57,929 bases of DNA from an uncultured Dorea sp. GTDB taxonomy: Bacteria > Bacillota > Clostridia > Lachnospirales > Lachnospiraceae. Under the pieces are notes generated by a model, which made no database searches, was not told the DNA's origin, and saw nothing but the letters and a program-made list of their open reading frames with translations. The stretch is taken from NCBI GenBank assembly GCA_964406595.1, contig CAYOSJ010000001.1, positions 1 to 57,929 on the forward strand, given 5' to 3'. Below are positions 56,562 through 57,929 of the stretch, piece by piece. The stretch's first letter is position 1. Each line of letters begins with the position of its first letter. The translations under genes were made by a program, and so were the position numbers.

Positions 56562-57605
56562 TTATTTCCGAAGGTGATTCATCAGGACAGAAGCAATACC
56601 GTCCAGGGAGGATTGCGTGCAGACGGCGCCAATGTTCTGTGCGACCATAGGCATACCATATACAACACAGGATTCCTTGTCCTGTCCGATGGTGAAAGCA
56701 CCCTTTTGTCTCATTTTTAATAATCCGTCAGCACCGTCTCTGCCCATACCTGTCAAGATGATACCTACCGTGTTGATGGACACGTTTTTAGCAACGGAAG
56801 AGAAAAGCACGTCTACGGAAGGACAATGTCCACTCACTTTTGCGCCCGGGTGGCACTGTACCGTGTAATTTGCACCGGAGCGTACGACTTCCATCTGCTT
56901 TGCACCGGGAGCGATATAGGCAACTCCGGGGCGGATCACATCACCGGTTCTTGCTTCTTTGACCGTCAGGTTACAGATGCGGTTCAGCCTGTCGGCATAC
57001 ATCTTGGTAAATCCCTCTGGCATGTGCTGGGTGATCACGATGCCCGGCATACTTGCAGGAAGTTTCTCGAGAATGCTGAGAGTCGCTTCGGTTCCACCGG
57101 TGGAAGCACCGATAGCAATGATCGTAGAATTCAGCGTTGCATGAGGGATCTTTACATTCAAAACTGCCGGAGGAGCGTCAACTGCTTTTGCCGGAGAAGG
57201 TGTACGTACCTTCGCGGTAGAAGCAACGACGATCTTCGTAGATAAAGAATTAAAAAAGAGTTCTTTCGCATGTGGGCTGTTCATATCCGGCTTCCGGACA
57301 AAATCAACAGCTCCGGCAGAGAGTGCGTCAAATACGCTTAAGTTCAGCGAAGAAACCAGGATGACCGGCAGCGGATTGGTAGGAAGAAGCTGTTTCAAAA
57401 ATTCGATTCCATTTAATCCCGGCATCTCGACGTCCAGAGTCATAACATCTGGCTTAAGAACGGGAATCTTCTGCCTTGCATCGAAAGCATTTACTGCATA
57501 TCCAACAACCTCCATATTGGGCTGGGTAGACAGATATTGTGTGATAGCCACACGAAACAAAGACGAATCGTCGACTACAAGAACTTTTATTTTTTTATTA
57601 TACAT
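56562..57605 (-). CDS. cheB: Chemotaxis response regulator protein-glutamate methylesterase
   Basis: REC plus GASTGG, QHMP, PSVDVLF and LTGMGRDGA. Confidence 0.95.
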   Translation of the reverse strand: MYNKKIKVLVVDDSSLFRVAITQYLSTQPNMEVVGYAVNAFDARQKIPVLKPDVMTLDVEMPGLNGIEFLKQLLPTNPLPVILVSSLNLSVFDALSAGAVDFVRKPDMNSPHAKELFFNSLSTKIVVASTAKVRTPSPAKAVDAPPAVLNVKIPHATLNSTIIAIGASTGGTEATLSILEKLPASMPGIVITQHMPEGFTKMYADRLNRICNLTVKEARTGDVIRPGVAYIAPGAKQMEVVRSGANYTVQCHPGAKVSGHCPSVDVLFSSVAKNVSINTVGIILTGMGRDGADGLLKMRQKGAFTIGQDKESCVVYGMPMVAQNIGAVCTQSSLDGIASVLMNHLRK

Positions 57606-57638
57606 GTGTGAAAACTCCTTTCATATTTCATAACAAGG

Positions 57639-57670
57639 AAAACCGCCTAGTGTTAAGAAGGCGGCTTTCT
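57639..57670 (-). terminator. Terminator-like hairpin after cheR
   Basis: Minus GAAAGCCGCCT...AGGCGGTTTTCC. Confidence 0.5.
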
Positions 57671-57672
57671 GA

Positions 57673-57929
57673 TTATTCTTTTCGATAAGTTGCAGGGCGC
57701 AGATACTTATAAGGGTTTGTTTCCTTGTTCAAACCTTCTGAATGACCAATCAACAGATAGCCTCCTGGATTTGTCGCATTGTAAAATCTCTGTATCAGGG
57801 CATCTTTTGTAGGCTGGTCAAAGTAGATCATTACATTCCGGCAGAAGATCACGTCGAACTTCAGGCGGAATTTGATCGGATCCATGAGATTAAACGTACG
57901 GAAGATCACGTTCGACCTGATCTCGGGAG
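57673..57929 (-). CDS. cheR: Chemotaxis protein methyltransferase, 3' part (runs off the window)
   Basis: FNLM, FDVIFCRNVMIYFD and PGGYLLIGHSE. Confidence 0.9.
   Translation of the reverse strand, partial: PEIRSNVIFRTFNLMDPIKFRLKFDVIFCRNVMIYFDQPTKDALIQRFYNATNPGGYLLIGHSEGLNKETNPYKYLRPATYRKE

Overview
Chromosomal window from a spore-forming, flagellated Firmicute; gene order and sigmaA/sigmaD promoters suggest Lachnospiraceae-like Clostridia (inference). 1-35.5 kb is mostly housekeeping: ddh, a tandem-duplicated tatD, rsmA, citrate synthase, MerR/MATE, two OmpR-type two-component systems, preQ1-I/queT, aroK, murA, SAM-I/metK, and birA-coaX-dusB-greA-lysS. This part carries 8 intergenic copies of a repeat built from 21-bp GGGACRGGG units. 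Several copies form perfect 42-bp palindromes whose centres co-vary, and three copies bound the tatD duplication exactly. 35.5-43.7 kb is an accessory patchwork downstream of lysS: two AAA/DUF4143-type ATPases, a PAS hybrid kinase, a lipoprotein, a YhcG-like nuclease and gene remnants. 43.8-51.6 kb encodes an apparent multistep phosphorelay (two paralogous hybrid kinases, a REC/HD-GYP/GGDEF protein and an Hpt) converging on a flagellar/chemotaxis cluster (csrA-fliW-flgL-flgK-flgN-flgM, cheB, cheR). The top candidates for novelty are the palindromic repeat family, an unannotated ~120-nt sRNA-like unit next to a stand-alone Spo0A C-terminal-domain gene, and the c-di-GMP phosphorelay with a GGA-rich leader beside csrA. 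All family assignments are from motif recognition by eye; no searches were run.
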